A DNA stretch of 64,000 nt from Candidatus Micrarchaeota archaeon (GTDB taxonomy: Archaea > Micrarchaeota > Micrarchaeia > Norongarragalinales > SBBD01), in NCBI GenBank assembly GCA_018819225.1, contig JAHJQN010000004.1, positions 256,001-320,000 of the forward strand. The letters run 5' to 3'. Both the position numbers and the translations under genes were made by a program. Of the stretch, positions 28,294 through 38,716 are shown piece by piece (the first letter of the stretch is position 1; each line of letters starts with the position of its first letter). The notes under the pieces were generated by a model. That model had not been told where the DNA came from. It was given only the letters and a program-made list of their open reading frames with translations, and did no database searches.

Positions 28294-31137
28294 TTACTCC
28301 ATGTTTAAGTCGGGGAAGAAGGAATTCGGGGGTTCCGGAGGTTCCTCGATGATTTGAGACGGTCGCGTCGAAACATAAACCGCAATGACAACAATGAGGA
28401 GGATACCCAACAACCAAATGTATGCATTGGAAGATGCTTTCGAGCTGCGTATGCGATTCAAAGCCACTTGAATTTTCTCTTTCGCACGTTCCCAAATCGA
28501 TTGAGCTTCAACGGTTTTCCCTTGCTCTTCCAACTGTTGAGCTTGCAAAATCAATTGCTCAATCTCCTGCGTATCCTCGTTATTTTCATTCAATTCTTGA
28601 ACCGCTTTCTTCACGTCTTGATCATCCACTAAAGAAAACGGCATCCATTCCGTGGGCGTTACATACGGCGTCGGATGGATCAGTTGAGAACGGGGAGTCG
28701 GAGAACCCGCCATAGGAGGGCCGGTATAGTCTCCCGAATTTCCTCCGTTATAACTACCCCCGTTCGCATAGGGGGGCGGGCACTCCCCACAATCCGATTT
28801 ACACGTACGACACGTTTCGCCCGCATCGGAATTGCATATTCCATCTCCACACGATGGTACGGGAGTCGGAGTCGCAGAACACGTACCCGTACAACACACT
28901 CCAAAACTGCAGAACCCGCTTGAATCTGCAATGCATGAATCGTAATTGGCGCAATCGACAAGGCAGGTACCCCCTACGTCTTCACAAGAAGTCGGCAAGA
29001 CCGGATCACCCAAACCCGTAGGAACATAATCCAAATCCGATGTAAGCAACAAACGATCCAACCAGGTTCCATCCTCCCGGTTTCGAATCGTCAACGTATG
29101 CTCGCCAGCGGCCAATGAAAATAACAAGGGATCAATGTCCGGATCGCGACTATTAGCAAGATCCCATACGTAAATCGTTCCATCCGCGGAAGGCGTGTCC
29201 CACGTGTACTCGGTCTGATCGTCCATGGTCACGTAAAAGCTGTTGGAAGCAGTGGAAGGCGATTTAACGCGTCCCCACAAATAAAAGTCTCCGAACCCCG
29301 GTATATAGAAATCGTACGAAATGGTTCCCACGTAATTGCCTTGATCTTCGGGAACAACCGCGTAATGCTCATTTGAAGACATCACATGTTCAACAATGTC
29401 CCAAACGCCGTCCGTTGAATCAAAATCTTCTCCTTCAATCCAAAGGAAAACATCGTCCCCGGACGGCGGTGGAGTCGGGGTAATTGTCGGAATCGGACAA
29501 TCACCGGTACAACAAACACCTGAATCACAAAAACCATCCGTATCCAAGGTGCATAAATCATGATTCGAACATGCATCCAAACACTGACCGCCGATAGCCT
29601 CGCACGAATCCATGGGAGGCGGAGTCGGCGTCACCGTCGGAACCGTGCACGCTCCCACGCAGCATAAGCCCGAATCACAAAAGCCGTCTGGCTGCCAATT
29701 GCAATCATCGAAATCATTGCAATTCAACAAACAACTTCCGCCAAAATCCCCGCACGGAACCTCCGCTCCGCTTCCTTCACAATACTCGAACGCCCCAATG
29801 TCCACTCGGCCATCACACGAAGAAGGATAAGACGGATCGCCGGAATCGCGGGCGGGACTGTTAGGTAAAATATGGAAATCATCCGTCGACGCATCCACGA
29901 ACAACGGATCCCCACTCACGGAATGAGAATCGCGACCCGTAGCCATATACTCTTCCAACGTATTGTAATCCGTTCCCGCCACATGAATAAGCGCACCCGG
30001 AGTATCACGATAGTATAAGTTGTAATCACTATCCAAATCATTGGTGCCATAATGACTATAATAAGCGGGCTGAGAACCACTGTAAAAAATATTATTTCGT
30101 TGCAGAAGTGTGGCGCCCGAACGTTGATAACTCTTCACCGCGGATAAATCATCCGTATAAATCGTATTACCCGTCATCACCAACGATTTCTGCCAAATAA
30201 TTATTCCGAGACCGGTTGCATGACACACATTATCCACGAAATTGTCGGTCCAAGTCGGTTGGCTCACCGAAGCCGCTGAATGCGAATAGCATACTTGTGC
30301 ATAAATCGTATTATTACGCACCGTATTATCATGCGCAAGACTCATCACAGCGATTTCATTACTCCGAAACACATTCGCATTCAAATCATTATCAGTCGAA
30401 TACTCCGGCCCACTGTGCCGTAAGCTGACGGACCACGACAAATCTCCGTCATTCGGAGGTAAATACGTCTGAGTAAACGAATTATTGAAAAACGTATTGA
30501 AATGCACACCCCCCAACTGAAGAATCTGCCCATTACTCCTCAGGAGCTTAACATCGTTAAATTGAAACGTATTATGATCACTTTTACTCATGAAAAAGAT
30601 CATGTTGTTACCGGCCGGCGGATTCGAATCCTCTAAATAAAACGAATTACCGGAAATAAAATTCTCATCCGAACCGTCTTTTGAATTATACGCGTCTCCT
30701 AACACCAAACCCCCTGAAACCGCATTATTGATGAATCGATTACGGTCCGAATCGTATATTTCGATCGTGCCAAGAATATTTGATTTCAGCAGGCTATCAT
30801 CGGTATACTGAAATAACACACCTCCCTTTCCAGATCCTTTAATCAATTCCAGGTTCTGCACCGTCACATTCACTTGATGTTGACTTTTGATTCCATTCCC
30901 ACTCACAAACGTAATCCGCCTATGGTTTCCTTCCAAGATCACGTGATCCGCGTCGATTGTAATGCCGCCGGATGAAGACACCAAGTCAGATTCAAGCACA
31001 TACAAGTGATTTGGAATGGAAATCGTATAGGGAACCGAGGTAATGCAAGTGGTGCCAGGATCGTTGCAGTTGTATGCAGAAGTCCAAGATACAAACAAGA
31101 GGAGGGATACGCCCCAAAATACACTTTGACGATTCAT
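28294..31137 (-). CDS. Large cell-surface protein: beta-helix, three 8-Cys repeats, CBM-like domain, helical stalk, TM anchor
   Basis: Signal peptide; SDYNLYY...DPLFVD...DFHI...SPARD...DIGAFEY; WIEGEDF...YLWGRV...LDRLLLT; PTPTP linkers. Confidence 0.8.
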   Translation of the reverse strand: MNRQSVFWGVSLLLFVSWTSAYNCNDPGTTCITSVPYTISIPNHLYVLESDLVSSSGGITIDADHVILEGNHRRITFVSGNGIKSQHQVNVTVQNLELIKGSGKGGVLFQYTDDSLLKSNILGTIEIYDSDRNRFINNAVSGGLVLGDAYNSKDGSDENFISGNSFYLEDSNPPAGNNMIFFMSKSDHNTFQFNDVKLLRSNGQILQLGGVHFNTFFNNSFTQTYLPPNDGDLSWSVSLRHSGPEYSTDNDLNANVFRSNEIAVMSLAHDNTVRNNTIYAQVCYSHSAASVSQPTWTDNFVDNVCHATGLGIIIWQKSLVMTGNTIYTDDLSAVKSYQRSGATLLQRNNIFYSGSQPAYYSHYGTNDLDSDYNLYYRDTPGALIHVAGTDYNTLEEYMATGRDSHSVSGDPLFVDASTDDFHILPNSPARDSGDPSYPSSCDGRVDIGAFEYCEGSGAEVPCGDFGGSCLLNCNDFDDCNWQPDGFCDSGLCCVGACTVPTVTPTPPPMDSCEAIGGQCLDACSNHDLCTLDTDGFCDSGVCCTGDCPIPTITPTPPPSGDDVFLWIEGEDFDSTDGVWDIVEHVMSSNEHYAVVPEDQGNYVGTISYDFYIPGFGDFYLWGRVKSPSTASNSFYVTMDDQTEYTWDTPSADGTIYVWDLANSRDPDIDPLLFSLAAGEHTLTIRNREDGTWLDRLLLTSDLDYVPTGLGDPVLPTSCEDVGGTCLVDCANYDSCIADSSGFCSFGVCCTGTCSATPTPVPSCGDGICNSDAGETCRTCKSDCGECPPPYANGGSYNGGNSGDYTGPPMAGSPTPRSQLIHPTPYVTPTEWMPFSLVDDQDVKKAVQELNENNEDTQEIEQLILQAQQLEEQGKTVEAQSIWERAKEKIQVALNRIRSSKASSNAYIWLLGILLIVVIAVYVSTRPSQIIEEPPEPPNSFFPDLNME

Positions 31138-31274
31138 GAATAAAATTTACCCGACGTGAGTATAAAAACGAAACGTATCAAGAACCTCATGCGGCGTGTT
31201 GGATTAGAGCCATTCAAGCAAACCTTTTCTTTTAAAAGAAAAGCCTTACCAAAAGAATATCGCAGTTCATAAGC

Positions 31275-31373
31275 GCCTCCGTAGCTCAGGGGTAGAGCGC
31301 CTGTCTTGTAGGGATGGTTAGAAACGCGTTCCAAGAAAACAGGAGGTCGCGAGTTCAATTCTCGCCGGAGGCT
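31275..31373 (+). tRNA. tRNA-Thr(TGT) with 27-nt intron at 37/38 (31311..31337)
   Basis: Acceptor GCCTCCG/CGGAGGC, anticodon stem CCTGT/ACAGG, T arm GCGAG-TTCAATT-CTCGC; BHB helix CTTG:CAAG. Confidence 0.95.
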
Positions 31374-31605
31374 TCCGGAAATAATTATTTTCTGTTTTTC
31401 TTTCTGGAACATGACCTCGCCAGTTTGAGTGTGACCTTCGCCGGTTTGGCTCCAACCGTAATTGACTTGAATTCGACGCGTTGAATGAGAATTTCGTGTG
31501 CAACGCGTTTCCGCACTGCGGGTACGCGACATCCTTTTCAATCGAACGCCATTTCCGCACAGGACTAAAAAACGGCTTTTGGGTTCGATGAGGGAAACCA
31601 GAAAC

Positions 31606-32427
31606 CTATGCCGTGTTCTGCACGCACGCGTAGTCCGCCTTGACTTCCTCAGGGGAGAGAGCGCGGCTATAGAGCACGACCTGGTCCACGTCGCCGATGT
31701 CAAATCCATCGAACAGCACGTTGAACGGATAGTTCTCGTTGTGGTCGGGAATCCAGTCCGTTCCAGGGTATGCTTGCGTGGCATCTTGCATGCCGTCCAA
31801 GTATAAGGAAACGGTGTCGGCGTCAAAGTCATAGGTTAAGGCAATATGGTGCCATTGGTTGATTGAAATGACGGTATTTCCAACGAGAGCTGTTCCCGTC
31901 ACTCCAACGATTGCGCCAGCGAGTTTCCCATCAACTGATCCGAGGATATACTCGTCCACGAGGGCGACAAAGCTTGCGCTCCCGCCGGCATGTGGTGCCA
32001 AGGGATGAATCCATGCCTCTATTGTAAATGATCGTTCGTTGAGGTAGAGCGATTCGTCTCGAGGAACGTCCACTGAAGCGTAGTCGAATCCTGCCCCGGT
32101 TTCAAGGTGTATTCCGTTGCCGGATATCCCTGGAACCCAATAGGGGTTCGGCGCGTTCCCATGGACGGTCATCACGCCGTCGCTTCCGCCTGTCGAATCC
32201 TTGGCCGTCGCACCGACTCCTTCGTCGAACTTCCACCAGTGAGCCGGCCTTTCCCCCATATACGTCGGAAGGCACGTGAGGCTATTGAACACGCCGAGAT
32301 TGCTTTCAATGCCCTGCTTTCCGGCAAAGAGCGTGCTCCTGAGAATGATAAACGTCAGGGCGACAATAAGCAGAACGCCTGCCACAAGCAGAACGTACTC
32401 AAAGGCACCCTGCCCGCGTTTCAGCAT
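31606..32427 (-). CDS. Class III signal peptide (pilin-like) protein with LamG/concanavalin-like domain
   Basis: MLKRG|QGAFEY plus hydrophobic helix; WWKFDEG, FTIEAWI, QWHHIALTYD, LYSRALS. Confidence 0.88.
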   Translation of the reverse strand: MLKRGQGAFEYVLLVAGVLLIVALTFIILRSTLFAGKQGIESNLGVFNSLTCLPTYMGERPAHWWKFDEGVGATAKDSTGGSDGVMTVHGNAPNPYWVPGISGNGIHLETGAGFDYASVDVPRDESLYLNERSFTIEAWIHPLAPHAGGSASFVALVDEYILGSVDGKLAGAIVGVTGTALVGNTVISINQWHHIALTYDFDADTVSLYLDGMQDATQAYPGTDWIPDHNENYPFNVLFDGFDIGDVDQVVLYSRALSPEEVKADYACVQNTA

Positions 32428-32537
32428 GCATTCGGTAATGGGTCAGACGCTTTTTATACTTAATCTCGCCAGTATGAGCTTTGTCAAGGAGAAAACCATC
32501 GAAAAAACAATAGAAAGAGTCAGATCCCGTGAAAGGG

Positions 32538-32576
32538 AGGCGGCTCATGTGAGCCGCCTAGAAAAAAGAAAAAAAG
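32538..32576 (-). terminator. Oligo-U tract plus perfect hairpin after the surface-protein gene
   Basis: AGGCGGCTCA-tg-TGAGCCGCCT; minus strand reads T7 C T6 right after the stop at 32578. Confidence 0.6.
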
Positions 32577-32577
32577 G

Positions 32578-34389
32578 TTATTTCTTCTTGCCGCTCTGCT
32601 GACTGTAATAGTAGTATCCCACTATGGCCACGAGAATCACAACGACAATGATCCAAATCGCGTAGTCAGGTCCAGCAGCTGCTGCCGGAGCAGCCGCCAC
32701 CCCACCCGTTGAAGCGGGGCGTTGCGTCGGAATGGCCGTCGGCTTTACCCCATCATCTGCAGGAGTGGTTGCCGCTTTCGTCGAAGGCGCTTGGAACTCC
32801 TCCAATACGCTTTCATCAACGCCCTTGCGGACCGTTACATCCGCTTTGAATTCCTGGTTCGCAGCCAAATTGACATCCCACACGGCGATCAGACTACCTT
32901 CTTCCACATGCGAAGGAGCCGGACTCAATGAAATGACTCCGCTCACGTAGTCCGCGTAATCGAAAGGCAATCGGAACGAAACCGTTCCACGGAAAGCGCT
33001 CGTGGGCTTGTACGACAAGGTGAACGTGGCACGCGAGGCGCCAAACGATCCCTTAACGGATGCACCAGAGCCAATGGTCTTTGTCGACGAACTCAATTCA
33101 GGTTCTTCCTCGTCTTCAGGTTGAACCGAAGGAGCCGATGTCGGAACAGGCGTGGACGTCGAAGTCGAGCAGTCCGGATCCGTTCTTCGGGCGCGTACAC
33201 ATAACTCGTTGCAACTTCCGTCGTCAGCACAAGAGGTGGAAAGACCCAAGCAATAGCCTGACGGACAATATGATCCAACCGGACATTGGGTATCCAACGT
33301 GCAAGTAACTCCGGAAGATCCTCCGGTAGGCGTCGGGGTTCCAGAAGACGTGCAGTTGCCAACCGTCATGATGGTTGCGTTGATCGCAAGAATGTGTTCA
33401 GAGTACACGGAGATGTTGGCTTGACCCGTAGAAATACCGGTACCGTTAATGATCACGGCCGTCGTACCATTTCCAGAATAAACGGTAGCCACGTTCGTGT
33501 CATTGGAAGCCCAGTAAAACTCACCCGTCGTATTCGTATTACCTTGCGCGTCCAATCCATACGCCCCAATCGGCGTCGGAATCGAACAGCCCCCGATATT
33601 GAAATACGCTTGCGTGTTGTTAACGTATACCAAGGTAATATTGCCTGCAGTAACCGTTACAACCGTCGAGTTGGTCGCAGACGCGTTATCCGCATGGAAC
33701 ACCGTAATCAATGCCTGCCCCACCAACGTCCCGTTGACGGTCACCTCCAGCGAATTGTTACCAGCAGTCACTTCAGAAACCGTGGATGCGTTCGAAGACC
33801 AGTCCAAATTAGTCGTGCTGTTGACGTTACCATACTGGTCCAAAACAGATGCTAAAATGCGGCTGGAATTCCCTGCGGTAACATTTAACGCGGTAACGTT
33901 AACGTTTATGGAGTACGCGTTGCCTGCCGTGGCCGTATACGTACCGGTACCACTATCCACGAGATCCGTACTCGGGGTGTCCGTCATGTTATAGGTATAA
34001 GCGGCAAGCGTGTGCAAACCGGTGGTCGTGTTAATAGTAATACCAGCAATCTCCAGCGACACATTCGTGTCTGCTGCAAAACTGGTGTTGGCGAAGTTGT
34101 AGGTCACGTTTTGGCCGCTTACGGCTACCGTACCCGAGCTGGGGATGGTAATTGTTGAAATTACGCTGGCACCGGAGACGGTATAACCAGTCGGGAATTC
34201 GACGGTAATGTTAGACATATTCAAATGCGCGGTAGGTACGTCAAGCGTAATGTTGAACGCGACATCGCTCGTTCCAACAACCGTGGAGTTGGGGGTCACG
34301 TTCACGGCAGTCAAGGCTGCAGCCGAAGAAAATGAGGCGAGGGTGACTAGCATTAACGAAAACAAAAACACTTTGAACAATGGATTCAT
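32578..34389 (-). CDS. Cell-surface glycoprotein (Ig-like domains, Cys-rich segment, TM anchor)
   Basis: Signal peptide, many NxS/T sequons, T/V/N-rich beta repeats, C-terminal TM and KKK; GGTGA SD. Confidence 0.8.
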   Translation of the reverse strand: MNPLFKVFLFSLMLVTLASFSSAAALTAVNVTPNSTVVGTSDVAFNITLDVPTAHLNMSNITVEFPTGYTVSGASVISTITIPSSGTVAVSGQNVTYNFANTSFAADTNVSLEIAGITINTTTGLHTLAAYTYNMTDTPSTDLVDSGTGTYTATAGNAYSINVNVTALNVTAGNSSRILASVLDQYGNVNSTTNLDWSSNASTVSEVTAGNNSLEVTVNGTLVGQALITVFHADNASATNSTVVTVTAGNITLVYVNNTQAYFNIGGCSIPTPIGAYGLDAQGNTNTTGEFYWASNDTNVATVYSGNGTTAVIINGTGISTGQANISVYSEHILAINATIMTVGNCTSSGTPTPTGGSSGVTCTLDTQCPVGSYCPSGYCLGLSTSCADDGSCNELCVRARRTDPDCSTSTSTPVPTSAPSVQPEDEEEPELSSSTKTIGSGASVKGSFGASRATFTLSYKPTSAFRGTVSFRLPFDYADYVSGVISLSPAPSHVEEGSLIAVWDVNLAANQEFKADVTVRKGVDESVLEEFQAPSTKAATTPADDGVKPTAIPTQRPASTGGVAAAPAAAAGPDYAIWIIVVVILVAIVGYYYYSQQSGKKK

Positions 34390-34564
34390 AGTATAACATC
34401 ACCTACGGATTGTTAGAGTGAGAAAGTGTCAAGGCCTATAAAAGCATTTGCATTGCAAATAGCAGGACGTGTAGCCTCCAACATCCCCGTCGAATAACCC
34501 ATTCCATTAAACGCAATAGATTAAAATAGAGGTTAAATAGAAGAAGTTAAGAAGGTGATTACGA

Positions 34565-34795
34565 ATGGCGCGAATGATTATTCACGAGGCAAAAGGTCCC
34601 GTGGAACTCAGAGTAGGGAATGAAAGCAAGTGGATTTGTAAATGCGGTTTGTCCAAAAACACGCCGTACTGTGACGGATCGCATAAAAAGACGGCCGATG
34701 AACCCGAAGGAAAAGTATTCAAATACGCTGAGGATGGGACGAGGAAAGAAGTCTGGCAGGAAGGGAGTAACCGAAAAGCTATTGCAAGTGCTTGA
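34565..34795 (+). CDS. CDGSH iron-sulfur domain protein
   Basis: [16 protein letters not shown]; GGTGA SD. Confidence 0.93.
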   Translation: MARMIIHEAKGPVELRVGNESKWICKCGLSKNTPYCDGSHKKTADEPEGKVFKYAEDGTRKEVWQEGSNRKAIASA

Positions 34796-35510
34796 CCTTC
34801 GGGAATTCTTTCACGCCCACTTCTCGGTCAATAACGAAAGGAACCATGTCGCCCACTTGGCATTGCTCCATGATCGGGGAAACGAATTCCTTCTCCTTTT
34901 CGCTTCGCGTGACGTCGAATCCGGAAGCCAACGGTGAAAGCGAAGGCAGTACGATCAGCGTTTGATCGCGGTACTTCCCGCGCAGCAAGCACTTGAACTT
35001 GTGCGCCACGCCTATTTCATCGCGTATGCTGACCGCGGGATGCACGTGACCGATGACCAGCGTGTGAAACGGTTTCCAGCGCCTGAAGCCCGGGTAATCG
35101 CTCAAAAGCCGGTGCCCGTGAACGAACAAATATCCGGATTCTTGATACGCGTCCACAAGCCTCATTTCCTGATCGCGAAGAATCTTTCCAAGAAACGCAT
35201 CGTGATTTCCGCGGACGAAAATCGTTTGAACGCGCTTGGACTTCAGAAACCGGAGCAACGACAACACTTCTTCCCACTCCTGTTGATGCGGACGCGAAAA
35301 ATGGTGTTTCACGTCCCCATTGATCAGAACGCGCTTCGCATGCGTCGCGCGAAGCATATCGCGCAAAGCAACTTCCACTTCAGCATATTGAGAAACCGGG
35401 ACGTGGATGCCTTGCGCTTGCAGTACCGCCTCGTATCCAAACTGCAGATCCGAAATCGCGAGCAGATCCATCTCCTCAAAAAAGACGCCCGCCTGTTGGA
35501 GAACCCGCAT
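34779..35510 (-). CDS. Metallophosphoesterase (Lhr-associated family)
   Basis: SDLQFG, NGDVKH, RGNHD, HGH, GHVHP, LPSLSP. Confidence 0.88.
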   Translation of the reverse strand: MRVLQQAGVFFEEMDLLAISDLQFGYEAVLQAQGIHVPVSQYAEVEVALRDMLRATHAKRVLINGDVKHHFSRPHQQEWEEVLSLLRFLKSKRVQTIFVRGNHDAFLGKILRDQEMRLVDAYQESGYLFVHGHRLLSDYPGFRRWKPFHTLVIGHVHPAVSIRDEIGVAHKFKCLLRGKYRDQTLIVLPSLSPLASGFDVTRSEKEKEFVSPIMEQCQVGDMVPFVIDREVGVKEFPKVKHLQ

Positions 35511-35897
35511 TCAGTGATCCACCTCCTTCACCAAAGCGCGCACGCGTTTCTCGAGTTCGTCGCGCGTTTGCCGATAGCTATCCAGACGGCCATACGGACA
35601 ACCCACATCCCATTCCGCAACGTGGGAACCCTTCACTTCAAACCTCGCGCCGCCCATGACAATGACGTTATACGCGGCCGAAAGCAGGTGTGGAGTCAAC
35701 CGGCGCGGGACGTGGGCACGAACATCCAACCCCCGTTCCTTCATCACGACAACCACTTCCGGTTTAATGGAGGAAGAGGGATCCATGCCCGCGCTCTCCG
35801 CACGCGAATGCCGAGCCCATTGATTGAAAAATGCCTCGGCCATCGGACTCCGAATCCCGTTATGCGAGCAAACGAATAAGACGATGCGTTTCTTCAT
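35511..35897 (-). CDS. LMW phosphatase/ArsC-family protein
   Basis: LFVCSHNGIRSPMAEAF (CX5R loop), SAG. Confidence 0.85.
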   Translation of the reverse strand: MKKRIVLFVCSHNGIRSPMAEAFFNQWARHSRAESAGMDPSSSIKPEVVVVMKERGLDVRAHVPRRLTPHLLSAAYNVIVMGGARFEVKGSHVAEWDVGCPYGRLDSYRQTRDELEKRVRALVKEVDH

Positions 35898-38671
35898 CCC
35901 GTCCACCTCGGCCGTTTTCGGGGAAGGCGACGGCTCGGCTTCAACGGATTAAAGGGTTCCGGCGCCTCTTTTTTTCGCTCGGGTTCCAAATTCACGGGAG
36001 CCTCAGGCACGGATTTACCCAATCGTTTGAGAACCAAAGAATGCAGGCGTTCAAGTATGGCGCGCCGATCCGCCAAGAGCACGACGTCGGAAATACCTTG
36101 CGTAATAAGCAATTGAGCAAACGGAGACGGAAGATCGTAAGGCTTCAGAATCGAAAGCTGCAATTCATTTTTGCGCAAGCGTTCCTGGATGACGCGCGCG
36201 TTGCGCAAATCCATGTGGTCCTCCAAGATCTCGCGAAACGTTTCCTTCACGACCGGAAAATTCGCGAGACGGGACGAAATACCGAACAATACGTGCGCGC
36301 TCATCTGCATTTTGCCCACGGAACGCTTTCGCCCCATATAATTACGAAGAATCATGAACGAACGGACGGCCACATGCCGGAATTTTCGCCGCAATGTTTC
36401 CGTGCGTTGAATCGCCTCCATGGCCTCCTCATCCAAATGAAGCCGCGCAAACATAAACAGTTGTTTCTTGATATCCACGTGCACGGCCCGCGTACACGTG
36501 AGCACGAATCCGTTGTCATTAAAGGAGATGAGCACGTTGCGGTTGATTTCGTGCGAAATGCGCTTCGCAAGAATCTTGCTCAACACTTCGTTGACGCGCC
36601 TCCCGAACAACGCGTGAAAGATAAAATGCCTTCGCCCCTCGGACTGGAACTCCTCCACAATCAAGCGCTCGTCCGAATGAAATCCGTGAAAGCCCAAGAG
36701 CTTGAAAAACCCCATTTGCTCCGCAAAATAATGGTAAATGGCTAGCGCCGCATTTTCATTGCACGAGCATTCCTTTCGAATATAGGCGAGCACCTCTGGT
36801 TGCCCCTTGTTTTGCATCGCCAACGCCAAGTTCCCCCGGAAACGGCCGATCGCGGACGCCAAATCAAACGAAAGCGGAAGCATTTCCGAAAACCATTGGG
36901 GAATCGTCGGTCGCATCCCTCCCGCCTTGGAAACGTAACACTGCATGCCCCTCGCATACTCGAATTGATACGTCTTCCCGCCCAGAACAAAACGGTCTCC
37001 TTTCTTCAAACGCTCCAGAAAATCCTCTTCAATATTTCCAATATGCATGCCCGCCGGATGCAAATTCACGCGAACGGAAACCTCGTCGGGAATCGTTCCG
37101 ATGTTGGTGCAATAAATGATGCGAACGAGTTTCCCGCGCTTTCCAAACGCGTTCTTCTCCTCGTCAAACCAAATTTTGCCATACACGCGATATTTTTCCA
37201 GCTGACCGAAACCCCCCGATAGAAATCTCAATACATTCAAGAAATCGTCGCGGGAAAGATTCCGATAACAATAACTTTGTTTCACGAGCTGAAACGCCTC
37301 TTCCACGTCCCACGGCTTCTCGATCGCCAACCCGACCACGTGCTGCGCCAATACATCCAACGCGTTCTGCGGAATCTGCACGCGGTCTATATGCCCTTTT
37401 TTCGCCTCGGAAAGCATCACACCCATTTCCACGACGTCATCCCGATCCAACGCGATGAGCTTGCTTTCCGAGACCTTGTAAATATCGTGACCGCTTCGAC
37501 CCGTCCGTTGGAGCGCTCGCGCAACGCTCTTCGGCGAACCCACCTGCACCACCAAATCAATATACCCGATATCAATGCCCAACTCGAGCGACGTCGAACA
37601 CACGACCGCTTTTAACTCGCCGTTCTTCAAACGATTTTCCACTTTCTGCCGCTCCGAACGCGACAACGAGGAATGGTGCGCCTCCAAGCCCTCCCCGTAC
37701 GTCCCCGGAAAATAGTTTTTCAAATGATGCACGATGCGCTCCGTTCCCGCCCGCGTGTTCGTGAAAATCAACGTCGTGCGATGCGATCGAATCAATTCAT
37801 CCAGAATTTTATACGAACGTTTTTGAAGCTGGTCTTGCGTCACGTACACGAGATCCGGAGACGGAGAAAGGAGTTCAATATCCATTTTTTTGGAGAATTG
37901 GGCGTTCACGATCGTGCAATCCCGACTACGACCGTCCTGGTAACCCACGAGAAATTCAGCGACGTCTTCGAGAGGGGCTATCGTCGCGCTTAAACCGATG
38001 CGTGAAAACGTTTTTTTATTCAAGCGCTGCAATCGCTCGATGCTCAACGACAAGTGAACGCCGCGCTTGGAATTGCATAGCTCATGGATCTCATCCACCA
38101 CCATCCATTGAACGGCCTGAAAATTCTCGATGAATTTCGGGGACGCGAGAATGATGGCGAGCGACTCCGGGGTCGTAATCAAAATGTGAGGCGGTTTTTT
38201 AGCCATGCGCGCGCGCTCCGCCGGCGGGGTATCTCCCGAACGCATCGCCACGCGAACCCCGTGCGTTTTGCCCGTGGCTTGCTGGAAAGCCGCTTCCATT
38301 TCCTTCAACGGCGCACTCAAGTTTTTCTCGATGTCGGCAGCCAAGGCGCGCAACGGCGAAACGTATACGCAGTACACGCGATCCTCCAACTTCTTTTTCT
38401 CCGCCAGTTGCACCAACTCGTTGAGAATGCTCAAGAAGGCCGTGAACGTTTTCCCGCTTCCCGTTGGCGCCGATATCAACGCGTTCTGGCGGTCGTGGAT
38501 CAACGTTACGCCGTACTGTTGAGGCAGCGTGATTTCCTTGAATTGGGAAAACCACTGGGCGACCGTAGGATGGAGCAGCTGCAAAAGCTCTTTTCGGGTA
38601 GACGCGTGATGGGCTTCCGTCAACAATTCGAATGACAACTCCTCCCGCGAAAAGCGGAAGCCAGATATCAT
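35894..38671 (-). CDS. lhr: ATP-dependent helicase Lhr-core
   Basis: APTGSGKT, ITTPESL, DEIH, GLSAT, SLELGIDIG, QRTGRSGH, IGTIPD. Confidence 0.95.
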   Translation of the reverse strand: MISGFRFSREELSFELLTEAHHASTRKELLQLLHPTVAQWFSQFKEITLPQQYGVTLIHDRQNALISAPTGSGKTFTAFLSILNELVQLAEKKKLEDRVYCVYVSPLRALAADIEKNLSAPLKEMEAAFQQATGKTHGVRVAMRSGDTPPAERARMAKKPPHILITTPESLAIILASPKFIENFQAVQWMVVDEIHELCNSKRGVHLSLSIERLQRLNKKTFSRIGLSATIAPLEDVAEFLVGYQDGRSRDCTIVNAQFSKKMDIELLSPSPDLVYVTQDQLQKRSYKILDELIRSHRTTLIFTNTRAGTERIVHHLKNYFPGTYGEGLEAHHSSLSRSERQKVENRLKNGELKAVVCSTSLELGIDIGYIDLVVQVGSPKSVARALQRTGRSGHDIYKVSESKLIALDRDDVVEMGVMLSEAKKGHIDRVQIPQNALDVLAQHVVGLAIEKPWDVEEAFQLVKQSYCYRNLSRDDFLNVLRFLSGGFGQLEKYRVYGKIWFDEEKNAFGKRGKLVRIIYCTNIGTIPDEVSVRVNLHPAGMHIGNIEEDFLERLKKGDRFVLGGKTYQFEYARGMQCYVSKAGGMRPTIPQWFSEMLPLSFDLASAIGRFRGNLALAMQNKGQPEVLAYIRKECSCNENAALAIYHYFAEQMGFFKLLGFHGFHSDERLIVEEFQSEGRRHFIFHALFGRRVNEVLSKILAKRISHEINRNVLISFNDNGFVLTCTRAVHVDIKKQLFMFARLHLDEEAMEAIQRTETLRRKFRHVAVRSFMILRNYMGRKRSVGKMQMSAHVLFGISSRLANFPVVKETFREILEDHMDLRNARVIQERLRKNELQLSILKPYDLPSPFAQLLITQGISDVVLLADRRAILERLHSLVLKRLGKSVPEAPVNLEPERKKEAPEPFNPLKPSRRLPRKRPRWTG

Positions 38672-38716
38672 GCTTATGAATAGATAAAAGCGTTGCGTTG
38701 AATACCCCGGTTTCTA

